A stretch of 64,000 bases of DNA from Octopus bimaculoides. Lineage: Eukaryota. The position numbers were made by a program, and so were the translations under genes. Position 1 is the first letter of the stretch; each line of letters starts with the position of its first letter. Location of the stretch: contig NC_068989.1 in the NCBI RefSeq assembly GCF_001194135.2, forward strand, positions 14,323,965-14,387,964, written 5' to 3'. Shown piece by piece: positions 52,697 through 63,650 of the stretch. The notes below the pieces were generated by a model. The model searched no databases. It was given only the letters and a program-made list of their open reading frames with translations, and was not told the DNA's origin.

Positions 52697-52944
52697 AATG
52701 TGCCCTTTTAAAGCCTAGCCAGGCTCATGGGCCCGGTTTACCGGTTTCAATGACATGTGTTCCCCAGCTGGACGGGACACCAGTCCATCGCAGCGTTACT
52801 CATTTTTGCCAGCTGAGTGGACTGGAGCAACGTAAAATGAAGTGTTTTGCTCAAGAACACAATGCGTCGCCCGGTCCAGGAATCGAAACCACAATCTTAC
52901 GATTATGATGCTGACACCCTAACCACTCAGCCACGCGCCTCCAC
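52697..52944 (-). mobile_element. SINE family D, full length
   Basis: Minus strand GTGGAGGCGCGTGGCTGAGTGGTTAGG (A-box), GGTTTCGATTCC (B-box), core GTGTTCTTGAGCAAAACACTTC...CCACTCAGCTGGCAAAAATGAG, GCGATGGACTGGTGTCCCGTCCAG, tail GAAACCGGTAAACCGGGCCCATGAGCC. Confidence 0.88.
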
Positions 52945-54017
52945 AAGTATTTCGTAAANNNNNNNNNNNNNNNNNNNNNNNNNNNNNNNNNNNNNNNNNN
53001 NNNNNNNNNNNNNNNNNNNNNNNNNNNNNNNNNNNNNNNNNNNNNNNNNNNNNNNNNNNNNNNNNNNNNNNNNNNNNNNNNNNNNNNNNNNNNNNNNNNN
53101 NNNNNNNNNNNNNNNNNNNNNNNNNNNNNNNNNNNNNNNNNNNNNNNNNNNNNNNNNNNNNNNNNNNNNNNNNNNNNNNNNNNNNNNNNNNNNNNNNNNN
53201 NNNNNNNNNNNNNNNNNNNNNNNNNNNNNNNNNNNNNNNNNNNNNNNNNNNNNNNNNNNNNNNNNNNNNNNNNNNNNNNNNNNNNNNNNNNNNNNNNNNN
53301 NNNNNNNNNNNNNNNNNNNNNNNNNNNNNNNNNNNNNNNNNNNNNNNNNNNNNNNNNNNNNNNNNNNNNNNNNNNNNNNNNNNNNNNNNNNNNNNNNNNN
53401 NNNNNNNNNNNNNNNNNNNNNNNNNNNNNNNNNNNNNNNNNNNNNNNNNNNNNNNNNNNNNNNNNNNNNNNNNNNNNNNNNNNNNNNNNNNNNNNNNNNN
53501 NNNNNNNNNNNNNNNNNNNNNNNNNNNNNNNNNNNNNATATATATAAATATGTATGTATGTATTTATATGTATGTATGCGTGTATGTATATATCATTCCA
53601 TTTAGGGAGTTTATGTCACACCGGTTCAGTACTTTCTGATATTCTCCAAGACACACTGGCACCAACAAGATATTGAAGAAGATGCCGAAGATAACCTGTA
53701 TCTATAGAAATAGAAACGAACAGGAACAACTAGACTAGGACTCTTCCTCCCCCCCTCTTTCTCTTTAGCAGTTTCTCTCTCCCTCTCTCTCACTCTGTGT
53801 GTGTGAGGTGGAGGGGATAGTGATGTGGGTAGGGATGCATGTGTTGAAATTAGTTACACATTGCAGGCGCATCTTAATTAACCAATACTAGTAACATAAA
53901 CATAAGTAAAATGGTATATATATATGTATATATATATATAATTATATATATATATATGTATATATATACAAATATATATATGTATGTCAATATATATAGT
54001 ATATATGTATATGTATG

Positions 54018-54052
<35 letters not shown>

Positions 54053-54822
54053 NNNNNNNNNNNNNNNNNNNNNNNNNNNNNNNNNNNNNNNNNNNNNNNN
54101 NNNNNNNNNNNNNNNNNNNNNNNNNNNNNNNNNNNNNNNNNNNNNNNNNNNNNNNNNNNNNNNNNNNNNNNNNNNNNNNNNNNNNNNNNNNNNNNNNNNN
54201 NNNNNNNNNNNNNNNNNNNNNNNNNNNNNNNNNNNNNNNNNNNNNNNNNNNNNNNNNNNNNNNNNNNNNNNNNNNNNNNNNNNNNNNNNNNNNNNNNNNN
54301 NNNNNNNNNNNNNNNNNNNNNNNNNNNNNNNNNNNNNNNNNNNNNNNNNNNNNNNNNNNNNNNNNNNNNNNNNNNNNNNNNNNNNNNNNNNNNNNNNNNN
54401 NNNNNNNNNNNNNNNNNNNNNNNNNNNNNNNNNNNNNNNNNNNNNNNNNNNNNNNNNNNNNNNNNNNNNNNNNNNNNNNNNNNNNNNNNNNNNNNNNNNN
54501 NNNNNNNNNNNNNNNNNNNNNNNNNNNNNNNNNNNNNNNNNNNNNNNNNNNNNNNNNNNNNNNNNNNNNNNNNNNNNNNNNNNNNNNNNNNNNNNNNNNN
54601 NNNNNNNNNNNNNNNNNNNNNNNNNNNNNNNNNNNNNNNNNNNNNNNNNNNNNNNNNNNNNNNNNNNNNNNNNNNNNNNNNATATATATATATATATATA
54701 TACATATATTGTATATATACATGTATATATGTGTGTGCTTCATTCACACAAACATACACACACACATATACATATATAGATATGCATACACATATATATA
54801 TGTGTGTATATATATATGTGTG

Positions 54823-54858
<36 letters not shown>

Positions 54859-54984
54859 TGTATGTGCGATTACCTTTATATTCACACTCGCTGATTTGAC
54901 TGGATTGTTACCAAATATTGTATTTCCGTTTCCGGTCTATTTTCGGATTTGTTTGATTTCTAGTAAAGGACTCCTTTTTTTTAC

Positions 54985-55015
<31 letters not shown>

Positions 55016-55539
55016 CTTTCTTTGATGGCTTAGCTATGTTGATGGGAGGCACGCCTTAGTTATTGATATAAGCTGCATCGATTACTTGGGTCCGTACTTA
55101 GCATTACTTCAATCAGTAACATTCACCTGCGCCGTTCCAACTGGCTGCCACAAAGACCAAATTGGCAGAGAAGAGTGTACAAAAATATAATGATGACTAA
55201 GCTTATTTATGGAGAGTGAAGACCGCAAGGTACTTCGTCGGCCATTCTGGTGTTGCTTACAGAAGCGGTGGGGTGTGAATTGGGGTGGATAATGTTAGTT
55301 GTTGATTACTACGTGTATGTATATGTATGATGTTTTTTGTAAGAATGATGTACGTGTACATGTATGTTTATATGTATGTATGTATATGGTGTATGTATAT
55401 ATGGAATTGTGATAATATACACAGAACGATAGATAGATAAATTAACAGACAGACAGGCAGATAGATATACAATCAAATGTATATGCATATACATGTATGT
55501 ATGTATGTATATAGATATATGGATAATACAAAGAATATA

Positions 55540-55870
55540 TATGCATGTATACACACATATATGTACATACTTACATCTACATGTGTATATAGATGCATAT
55601 CAGGGTACAGGACGTTAGAACAATGAACTACAGACCACGGAACGAACACATAGGAAAACAGATAGCCACTTGGAATTAATCCTTCGTCAGCTGCCTCTAT
55701 TCTAATTAGACGTTTCGAAGATAAGGCAGAACGTACTCTAGAATAGTCTCTTCCTGAGTAGTGGATCGACCCACTAAACAGAGGATTCCAAGGTGGCAAA
55801 CACAAACCAAGACAGGAAAAAATGGACAGTGAAAACAACATTAAAAAGCCGTACGGCCAAACGCGAATCT
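55540..55870 (-). mobile_element. Repeat family F copy
   Basis: Minus strand TCTTCGAAACGTC...GGCAGCTGACGAAGG...CGTCCTGTACCCTGATATGCATCTATATACACATGTAGATGTAAGTATGTAC matches 63651-63830. Confidence 0.65.
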
Positions 55871-55979
55871 GATGTTGAACGCTAACAGTTCGAGGATAAG
55901 ATCGATATTTAAATACCGATTTTATCAGGTAGCGATCATGGGAATAAAAAACCCATCAAAGGTAATAATTATTTTAAAT

Positions 55980-56076
55980 TATAATTTAGGATATCTAAGA
56001 GATACCACCACGCTGAGAGTCAAGTTTTGACTGCTATTTCCAGCGTGGTGGTATCTCTTATATACCCTATATTATA
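55980..56076. repeat. Inverted repeat with perfect 20-bp arms
   Basis: TAAGAGATACCACCACGCTG (55996-56015) and CAGCGTGGTGGTATCTCTTA (56041-56060); imperfect outer extension of about 16 bp. Confidence 0.9.
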
Positions 56077-56164
56077 ATTTAGATAGATATATAGATAAAA
56101 CTTACTTGAAGAAGGATGCGTGGCATTCCATCATATAATAATATAAATAATATATAAGTATACG

Positions 56165-56580
56165 AATATATCCATACATATATGTACATACCCACATATA
56201 TATGTATATATACATGCATACATGGGTACAGGACATCAAAAAGAAAGCGCAGACAATGAGAAACGAAAACATAAAAAACAAAAACATAGAAAACGAACCC
56301 TTTATCATTTGTCCCCTGTGTTATCTACTCCGCATTTCGACACGGAGTGGATAAAACAGGGGACAACTGATGAAGGGAATGTTCTTTTTGTTGCATGTTT
56401 CATTTCTCTGTTTGTTTGGGTTTTTTTCCGTTGTTCGAAAAAAATGTTCGTCTTTTATGTCTTTTTTTTTTTTATGTTTCCGTTTCTCACTGTGTCTGTG
56501 TTTTTTTTATGTCCTGTACCCATATATGCATGTATATATACATATATATGTGGGTATGCACCTACATGTGTGTATATATA
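56165..56580. mobile_element. Family F fold-back: inverted arms of about 130 bp around a hairpin plus CUGAUGA
   Basis: 56165-56298 is the diverged reverse complement of 56445-56580 (CATACCCACATATATATGTATATATACATGCATA..TGGGTACAGGACAT). Confidence 0.75.
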
Positions 56581-56944
56581 CTCTTTTACTCGTTTCAGTC
56601 ATTTCACTGCGGTCATGGTGGAGCGCCGCCTTTAGTCGAGCAAATCGACCCCAGGACTTATTCTTTGGAAGCCTAGTACTTATTCTATCGGTCACTTTTG
56701 CCGAACCGCTAGGTTACGGGGACGTAAACAAACCAGCATCGGTTGTCGAGCGCTGTTGGGGTGACAAACACAGACACACAAACACATACACAAACATACA
56801 TATATATATATATATACATATATACGACGGGCTTCTTTCAGTTTCCGTCTACCAAATCCACTCACAAGGCTTTGGTCAGCCCGAGGCTATATTAGAAGAC
56901 ACTTGCCCAAGGTGCCACGCAGTGGGAATGAACCCGGAACCATA
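56579..56944 (-). mobile_element. SINE family A, near full length
   Basis: Colinear with 31149-31520. Confidence 0.9.
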
Positions 56945-57335
56945 TGCATATATGCATATATTNNNNNNNNNNNNNNNNNNNNNNNNNNNNNNNNNNNNNN
57001 NNNNNNNNNNNNNNNNNNNNNNNNNNNNNNNNNNNNNNNNNNNNNNNNNNNNNNNNNNNNNNNNNNNNNNNNNNNNNNNNNNNNNNNNNNNNNNNNNNNN
57101 NNNNNNNNNNNNNNNNNNNNNNNNNACCTAAAGAAGAAAAAGCGAATTCTTGAAATAAATGCAATTTTACTGTGATAAGGCCCCCGAGTCATAATTTTTT
57201 GTTCCACGACTTATGTGACCAATTTCCTGATTAATTAAAGATCTCCCGTGCTTGGTCAATCGTACGTCGGAGAATGATTACAGCATTACTGATTTTAATT
57301 ATGTCTATCTAATATTAGATAGATATTAGATATAC

Positions 57336-57580
57336 ATGGCCATAGCGTAGTGGTTAACAGCGCAGGCTACTAACCCCAAGATTCCGAGTTCGATTCCAAG
57401 CAGTAACCTGAACAATAATAATAATAATAATATCGAAAAATACCTTTGGGATGAGATCCCAGGTTCGAAATTTCCCCAAGACACCTGATGAAGGCTGGAG
57501 GGCATATCAGCCGAAACGTTGTGTTAACAAACAAGATGAGAACAAATATCCGTTAAATGTAATTAATATAAATAATGTAA
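57336..57580 (+). mobile_element. Family G: tRNA-headed non-autonomous element with a hammerhead-bearing tail
   Basis: A-box TAGCGTAGTGG (57343-57353), B-box GTTCGATTC (57388-57396), (AAT)n spacer, hammerhead at 57480-57525, AT-rich tail. Confidence 0.8.
57480..57525 (+). ncRNA. Minimal type-I hammerhead ribozyme motif (Penelope-type, probably acting as a dimer)
   Basis: Stem I GACAC(57480-84)/GTGTT(57521-25); core CTGATGA (57485-91); extra A at 57492; stem II GGCTG/CAGCC; GAAA (57513-16); loopless palindromic ACGT stem III; predicted GUU cleavage after 57520. Confidence 0.75.
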
Positions 57581-57629
57581 TATTAAGTCTGATACAATTA
57601 AGATTATGTAAGGCAGCGAGCCTCAGTAA

Positions 57630-58190
57630 GGCAGTGAGCTGGCAGAATGGTTAGAATGCTGGGTAAAATGCTTAACAGCATTTCATCCGTCTTTACGTCC
57701 TGTGTTCGAATTCCGTCGAGGTCAAACTTTATCTTTCATCCTTTCTGGGTCGATAAAAAAAAGTCCCATTAGAGCAGTTGGCTCTTCCCCCCGCTCTTTC
57801 TGACCTTGTGCCAAAATTTGAAGCTAATATTTCTTATAGCACTAATCCGACGAGATGGCAGAGCTGTCAGCACGCCGAAGAAAATGCTTAGTGGCATTTC
57901 GCTCGTCTTGACATTCTGGGTTCAAATTCCGCCGAGGTCAACTTTACCTTTCAACCTATTCGGATCGATAAAATAATGACCAACTGAACTATATTATCCT
58001 ACAAGCTCGTTATCGCAGACATCATAGCGTGAAGTGATCCCGTGATTCCTCAGCCAATATAAAGAAGTATCGGCATGCTTCGATCCAGCTGATATGATGT
58101 GTCATAAATGTGTAGTTGAAAATATCTCGATGTAAGCGATTTATCCCCTCCACGAACTTGCTAGCCTTATGCCAAAATTTAAGGCCAATG
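57630..58190 (+). mobile_element. Two family B SINEs (57630-57825; 57850-58190, the second interrupted by a 141-bp insert)
   Basis: B heads and cores; the second resumes at 58127 with TCGATGTAAGCGATTTATCCCC...GCCTTATGCCAAAATTT. Confidence 0.75.
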
Positions 58191-58199
58191 TTCAATTCC

Positions 58200-59200
58200 A
58201 GTGTCTTTGGAATCATAAAGGATTTGATTGTAAGTAGTTTTTGTAATCTAGCTTCCTTAAATTTAGGATATATATCATAATAAAATTCCTGAGATAAAAG
58301 ACTTCAGTAATAAAGCTAATTGAAATTATTTTCTCGTAGCATAAACTTGTATTTGTAATAATCCATTTGTGTTATTTTCTTGGTTTTTCATGAAACATCA
58401 CGTTAAGCCAGCTTTCCATCTTTTATCACCAAATGGAAATGGCAATGGAAGTTGCAACGGTCATAATTTAGATGAATAGATTTTATTGTTTGAAGTTGAA
58501 ACCTTTCTTACAACACCTCATTTACCTAACCTAATATGTCGTTCAGGTTGCATGGTTTGCAACTCGGTATCTGCCATAATTACTACAACTTTTGCAATGG
58601 GCTGATTGTATCTTTGAAATTCAAATAAAAGGACTTCTATATTTTCAGAAATAACCATTGAAATTGTCGAGTATTAACTGCATCCAAAGTATTCTTTGCT
58701 ATATTATCCTACAAGCTCGTTATCGCAGACATCATAGCGTGAAGTGATCCCGTGATTCCTCAGCCAATAATAAAGAAGTATCGGCATGCTTCGATCCAGT
58801 TGATATGATGTGTCATAAATGTGTAGTTGAGAATATCTCGCTTCTTGATTTTTCGGAACAAATTAAATTTGAAGGTAATCAATGAAATACCCCGACCATG
58901 TACTTAATGGATATATATACACATAGTTGCTATTTGAATTGCTGTCTTAAGCGCCATTATGTCTGAGGATGTAAAAGCGAAAACTGTGATGTAATTTTAG
59001 ATTTGAAGTTGATGCATTTTAAAGTTAAAAGACCTTTCAGCTCTGGAAGTGGATCAAAAACAAATGGTAATACCATCTGCCCATTACTACAGCACAAATC
59101 AAACTTACTATTTGTTCACCAGTTGAAACCCTTTCTTTAACTACATATTCACACCACACTTTGCATGTTTAGTATCCATCTTTCCAACATAAGTTTTCAA
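58200..59200 (-). pseudogene. Helitron Rep/helicase N-terminal region, decayed
   Basis: Minus-strand translation across stops and frameshifts gives YVGKMDTKHAKCG, FDLCCSNGQMVLP..PLPELKGLL, FAFTS, IKVHGRVFH, ARYSQLHIYDT, QRYNQPIAKVVVI, YDPLQLPLPFPFGDKRW, KITQMDYYKYKFMLRENNFN, EARL..NQ. These are the recalled Helitron motifs in the expected order. Confidence 0.88.
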
Positions 59201-59282
59201 TTCTTGATTTTTCAAATTCATCAAATATCGTATTTCTAAACATTTATTTAGGTAGTGGGTAGCGATTTTCTTCACTACTTCA

Positions 59283-59665
59283 GGGAGTGACGACCCTGCC
59301 TGACACGAATACCGGGCTCAGCTGGCTCCGGCTGACTGTACCCGGTATGGGTCCCTATCCAGGGTAACGGAAAGGAGACAACCTTCAAAGAAATCCGGAG
59401 TGGAGCCCCGTAGGCAATTTAGTGTTCGACTCGACACTCTTCTGGCAGCTCCTGCAACCAAGCTGGTGCCAAACGTAATGCTCTGCACTCCTTTGAACTA
59501 CGTCAGCAAGGTCGAGAGAGGAATCCTGACGATTGGGCGACCCAGGATTTTCTTACATCTAGCCCAGGCCTGCGCAAAACTGGAGAGGACATGAAATGTA
59601 AAAACCAGACTGGACTAGTTCATGCGTAACTCCACTCTCTCACGCGACAAAAGGACACCAACAAC
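59283..59665 (+). mobile_element. GC-richer structured segment resembling an RTE-type LINE 5' UTR
   Basis: Abrupt composition change, nested stems (ACCCTG/CAGGGT, ACCGGG/CCCGGT), ends at AACAAC. The family assignment is from recalled resemblance only. Confidence 0.4.
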
Positions 59666-59996
59666 AAACATTTATTAAAATGCTTTGAAACAGCTCCCGA
59701 ATATTTTTGGTACATTTTTAAAAGCAGCCACTTGCAGCCTTTTCTTCCCTTGTTTGAAATTCCTCTAGATTAGGGATTCTTATCCTTTCTGTGTTTTGTC
59801 TCTAACATAAGTAATCTGAAGCTTTTTGTACCTTTGCATTAGCCATTTCTTATATAATTTTCCCGATCTTAAAATATTTACAGTGGATTTTGCTTCAGAA
59901 AAACGTTCACTGACCAATGTCGTTGCTGCCATCCTACACCTTGACCCTGTATTTCAGTCTCTCAACGACTGTGACACACGTGGATAAGTAAGAATA

Positions 59997-60067
59997 AGGA
60001 CGAAACATGCAAATGGGCGAAACAAGTTCGTATCAAACTTGCTTCACCTATTTGCATGTTTCCTCCT
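59997..60067. other. 71-nt near-perfect hairpin with an octamer motif in each arm
   Basis: GAAACATGCAAAT (60002-14)/ATTTGCATGTTTC (60050-62) is perfect; the inner 14 bp pair with one mismatch and two G-U on the minus strand; 7-nt loop. Confidence 0.8.
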
Positions 60068-60411
60068 CGTTCCTGAAAGCTTTAAATACAGGTTCGTACA
60101 TTTTGTCTCTAATAATTGAGGCAATATTCTTGCGAGCATCGACTAAGCTCGCTTGACACACTAAGCTTACTTGAAACTAATGCTTTGTTGGTACATAGGA
60201 ACATACCCGCGTCTTTAGTAAGACATGCGTTTTTGGTGAGTAGAGAGGTTTCAACCGTTCCTTTTCTTAACAACATGATCAAAAGAAGAATAGCAAATTC
60301 TTTCGACGTATAAGTCTGACATAGTAACCTGCCCTCTACTAATTCACTTTTGATTAGTCTGTGACCGCTTTTAGCAACGTTACAAAAGGAAATGTCTTTA
60401 GTCGTGAAACT

Positions 60412-60476
<65 letters not shown>

Positions 60477-60957
60477 GCCGTCAATAAAGTCGATTCTTGT
60501 CTCCATTATGTCAATATTTTTGTCTCTGTCTTGTGGCAATAAAATTGTTAAAATTTTTTTTTTCTTCTTCCTTTTCTTAATATTCGTCTGTTGAAAACTC
60601 TTCTTTCTGTTCTCTTGCAACGACATTGGTTAGTTGTCACTTCCGTGTTTAAGACAGTAGTGTTGTTAGAGAGATTTGACTGCTATTTCTAACAGGACAA
60701 ATAGCCATGTAGACGATCAATCATTGACTCAGCCTCATATGACAGATGATTGTTTTACCCCTAATCCAACATGCCTATTATGAAAGGTGACCTGGCCGTG
60801 ATTATCCAGTCTTTTTGTATATTAAGGGCTGTATAGTCTGATGTGTCCATTATTATTTTTAAACGGTTTGGTGTGATTTGAAGTTAGTTTTGCTGCTATT
60901 TCTCGCATTTTGAACAAAAGCGTAGCTCTTCCCTCAGCGTAATGTACGCCGCTAACA

Positions 60958-61160
60958 GGCGGTGAGATGGCAGAACCGTTAGCACGCTGGGCAAAATGCT
61001 TGACGGCATTTCATCCGCCTTTTCGTTCCGTGTTCAAATTCCGCCCAGGTCGACTTTGCCTTTCATCCTTCCGGGGTCGATAAAACAAGTACCAGTTTTA
61101 CACTGGGATCGTTGTAATCGACTTACCTCCCCCCATTGAAAATTTCTGGCCTTGTTCTAA
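60958..61160 (+). mobile_element. SINE family B, full length
   Basis: GGCGGTGAGATGGCAGAACCGTTAGC, GTTCAAATTCC, GTCGACTTTGCCTTTCATCCTTCCGGGGTCGATAAA. Confidence 0.88.
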
Positions 61161-61399
61161 TATCTGAAGCCAATGAATGCTTTTGATGGCAGCTGCTGCG
61201 CACAGTTAACGCTATTTTCCAAAAATACCAGTAATTATACTGGTTTGCGAATGACCATTTGGGAGTTGTCACTATAGATGACTGCACAGGTAAGATATTT
61301 CAATTCACGTCTATCAGTTAATTAGTTCGATGACTAAAGATTGCAGGTGTTTGCAAACGAAATTTTATTACCAAAGTTTACAGCTAGTATAACTGCTTC

Positions 61400-61551
61400 T
61401 ACCACCACCACCACCACAACCACCAGCACCACCACCATCACCCCCACCACCATCACCACCACCACCATCACCATCACCACCACCACCATCACCACCACCA
61501 CCACCACCACCACCACGACCATCACCACGACCATCACCACCACTACCACCA

Positions 61552-61611
<60 letters not shown>

Positions 61612-61645
61612 CACTACTACTACTACTACTACTACTACCATTGCT
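61400..61645. repeat. Compound trinucleotide microsatellite (CCA/TCA)(CTA)(CTG)
   Basis: Direct reading. Confidence 0.9.
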
Positions 61646-63244
61646 ACTGCAGCCGTTAATACTACACCTACGACTGGTCGGAGTCAATTTGGGAACCTTT
61701 ACGTGGTCATTCAATCTGCTTGAAATAGCAGCCAAATCCCTTTTGAAAATGGGAAGTGCACGCTGGAAAGTATAATCCTAGATACACTATGCTTGAAAAA
61801 GAATGCGGTACGATCAATTATGGACCAGTCTACGAAGATTGATCTTGAACTAAGCAACAACGATTACTACATCTAGGGCTGCTACTGCGACCACTGCTGC
61901 TAACTTGCTATCACAGCCATGGCACGGGTTTCAATAGTCATAGCAACACCATGTTTAGTAGACATTTTATGCTTTTTTTCTCTCGCGTATGTTCAACGAC
62001 TGGCTATTAAGTGATTCATGGAGGTGATATCAGAAGCGATAAATAAATATCGAGATGTGATATCAGAGGTGATAAATATTCGAAAGATTACCGAGGCAGA
62101 AACCTCTTCGGGCAAAACCTGTCTCTCTCTATTTATTTATAAGTGTGCGTTGTGATGTACGCCGAACAAAGACGCCGCAAAAGGTAGTTCCATATGCTAC
62201 GACAGACTGTAGACACCACGATGTCTGTCTCCGTTCTTTTCTGTTTAAATAATTAAGCTGTTTGACCCTTTTGTTTCTGTTTTTGTTTTTTTTTTGGCCT
62301 CTCTCTTTTTCTGTTCTCATAAAAAAGATATGCCTAAAAGAAATATTTCGTTGACATTATATATATANNNNNNNNNNNNNNNNNNNNNNNNNNNNNNNNN
62401 NNNNNNNNNNNNNNNNNNNNNNNNNNNNNNNNNNNNNNNNNNNNNNNNNNNNNNNNNNNNNNNNNNNNNNNNNNNNNNNNNNNNNNNNNNNNNNNNNNNN
62501 NNNNNNNNNNNNNNNNNNNNNNNNNNNNNNNNNNNNNNNNNNNNNNNNNNNNNNNNNNNNNNNNNNNNNNNNNNNNNNNNNNNNNNNNNNNNNNNNNNNN
62601 NNNNNNNNNNNNNNNNNNNNNNNNNNNNNNNNNNNNNNNNNNNNNNNNNNNNNNNNNNNNNNNNNNNNNNNNNNNNNNNNNNNNNNNNNNNNNNNNNNNN
62701 NNNNNNNNNNNNNNNNNNNNNNNNNNNNNNNNNNNNNNNNNNNNNNNNNNNNNNNNNNNNNNNNNNNNNNNNNNNNNNNNNNNNNNNNNNNNNNNNNNNN
62801 NNNNNNNNNNNNNNNNNNNNNNNNNNNNNNNNNNNNNNNNNNNNNNNNNNNNNNNNNNNNNNNNNNNNNNNNNNNNNNNNNNNNNNNNNNNNNNNNNNNN
62901 NNNNNNNNNNNNNNNNNNNNNNNNNNNNNNNNNNNNNNNNNNNNNNNNNNNNNNNNNNNNNNNNNNNNNNNNNNNNNNNNNNNNNNNNNNNNNNNNNNNN
63001 NNNNNNNNNNNNNNNNNNNNNNNNNNNNNNNNNNNNNNNNNNNNNNNNNNNNNNNNNNNNNNNNNNNNNNNNNNNNNNNNNNNNNNNNNNNNNNNNNNNN
63101 NNNNNNNNNNNNNNNNNNNNNNNNNNNNNNNNNNNNNNNNNNNNNNNNNNNNNNNNNNNNNNNNNNNNNNNNNNNNNNNNNNNNNNNNNNNNNNNNNNNN
63201 NNNNNNNNNNNNNNNNNNNNNNNNNNNNNNNNNNNNNNNNNNNA

Positions 63245-63636
63245 TCTCTTTTACTCTTTTACTTGTTTCAGTCATTTGACTGTGTCCATGCTGGAGCACC
63301 GCCTTCAGTCGAGCAAATCGACCCAAGGACTTATTCTTTGTAAGCCTAGTACTTATTCTATTAGTATCTTTTGCCGAACCGCTAAGTTACAGGGACGTAA
63401 ACAGACTAGCATCGGTTGTCAAGCGATGTTGGAGGGACAAGCACAGACACACAAACACATACATACACATACAGACGGGCTTCTTTTAGTTTCCATCTAC
63501 CAAATCCACTCACATGGCTTTGGTCAGCTCGAGGCTATAGTAGAAGACACTTGCCCAAAGTGCCACGCAGTGGGTCTGAACCCAGAACCATGTGGTTGGT
63601 AAGCAAGCTACTTACCACACAGCCACTCCTGCGCCT
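63245..63636 (-). mobile_element. SINE family A, full length
   Basis: Reverse complement is colinear with 897-1350. Confidence 0.9.
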
Positions 63637-63650
63637 ATACACATAGATAT

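Noticed and set aside
61190-61296. Acceptor-to-donor segment ending CAG|GTAAGA
   Set aside because: Stops in all three frames; no other support.
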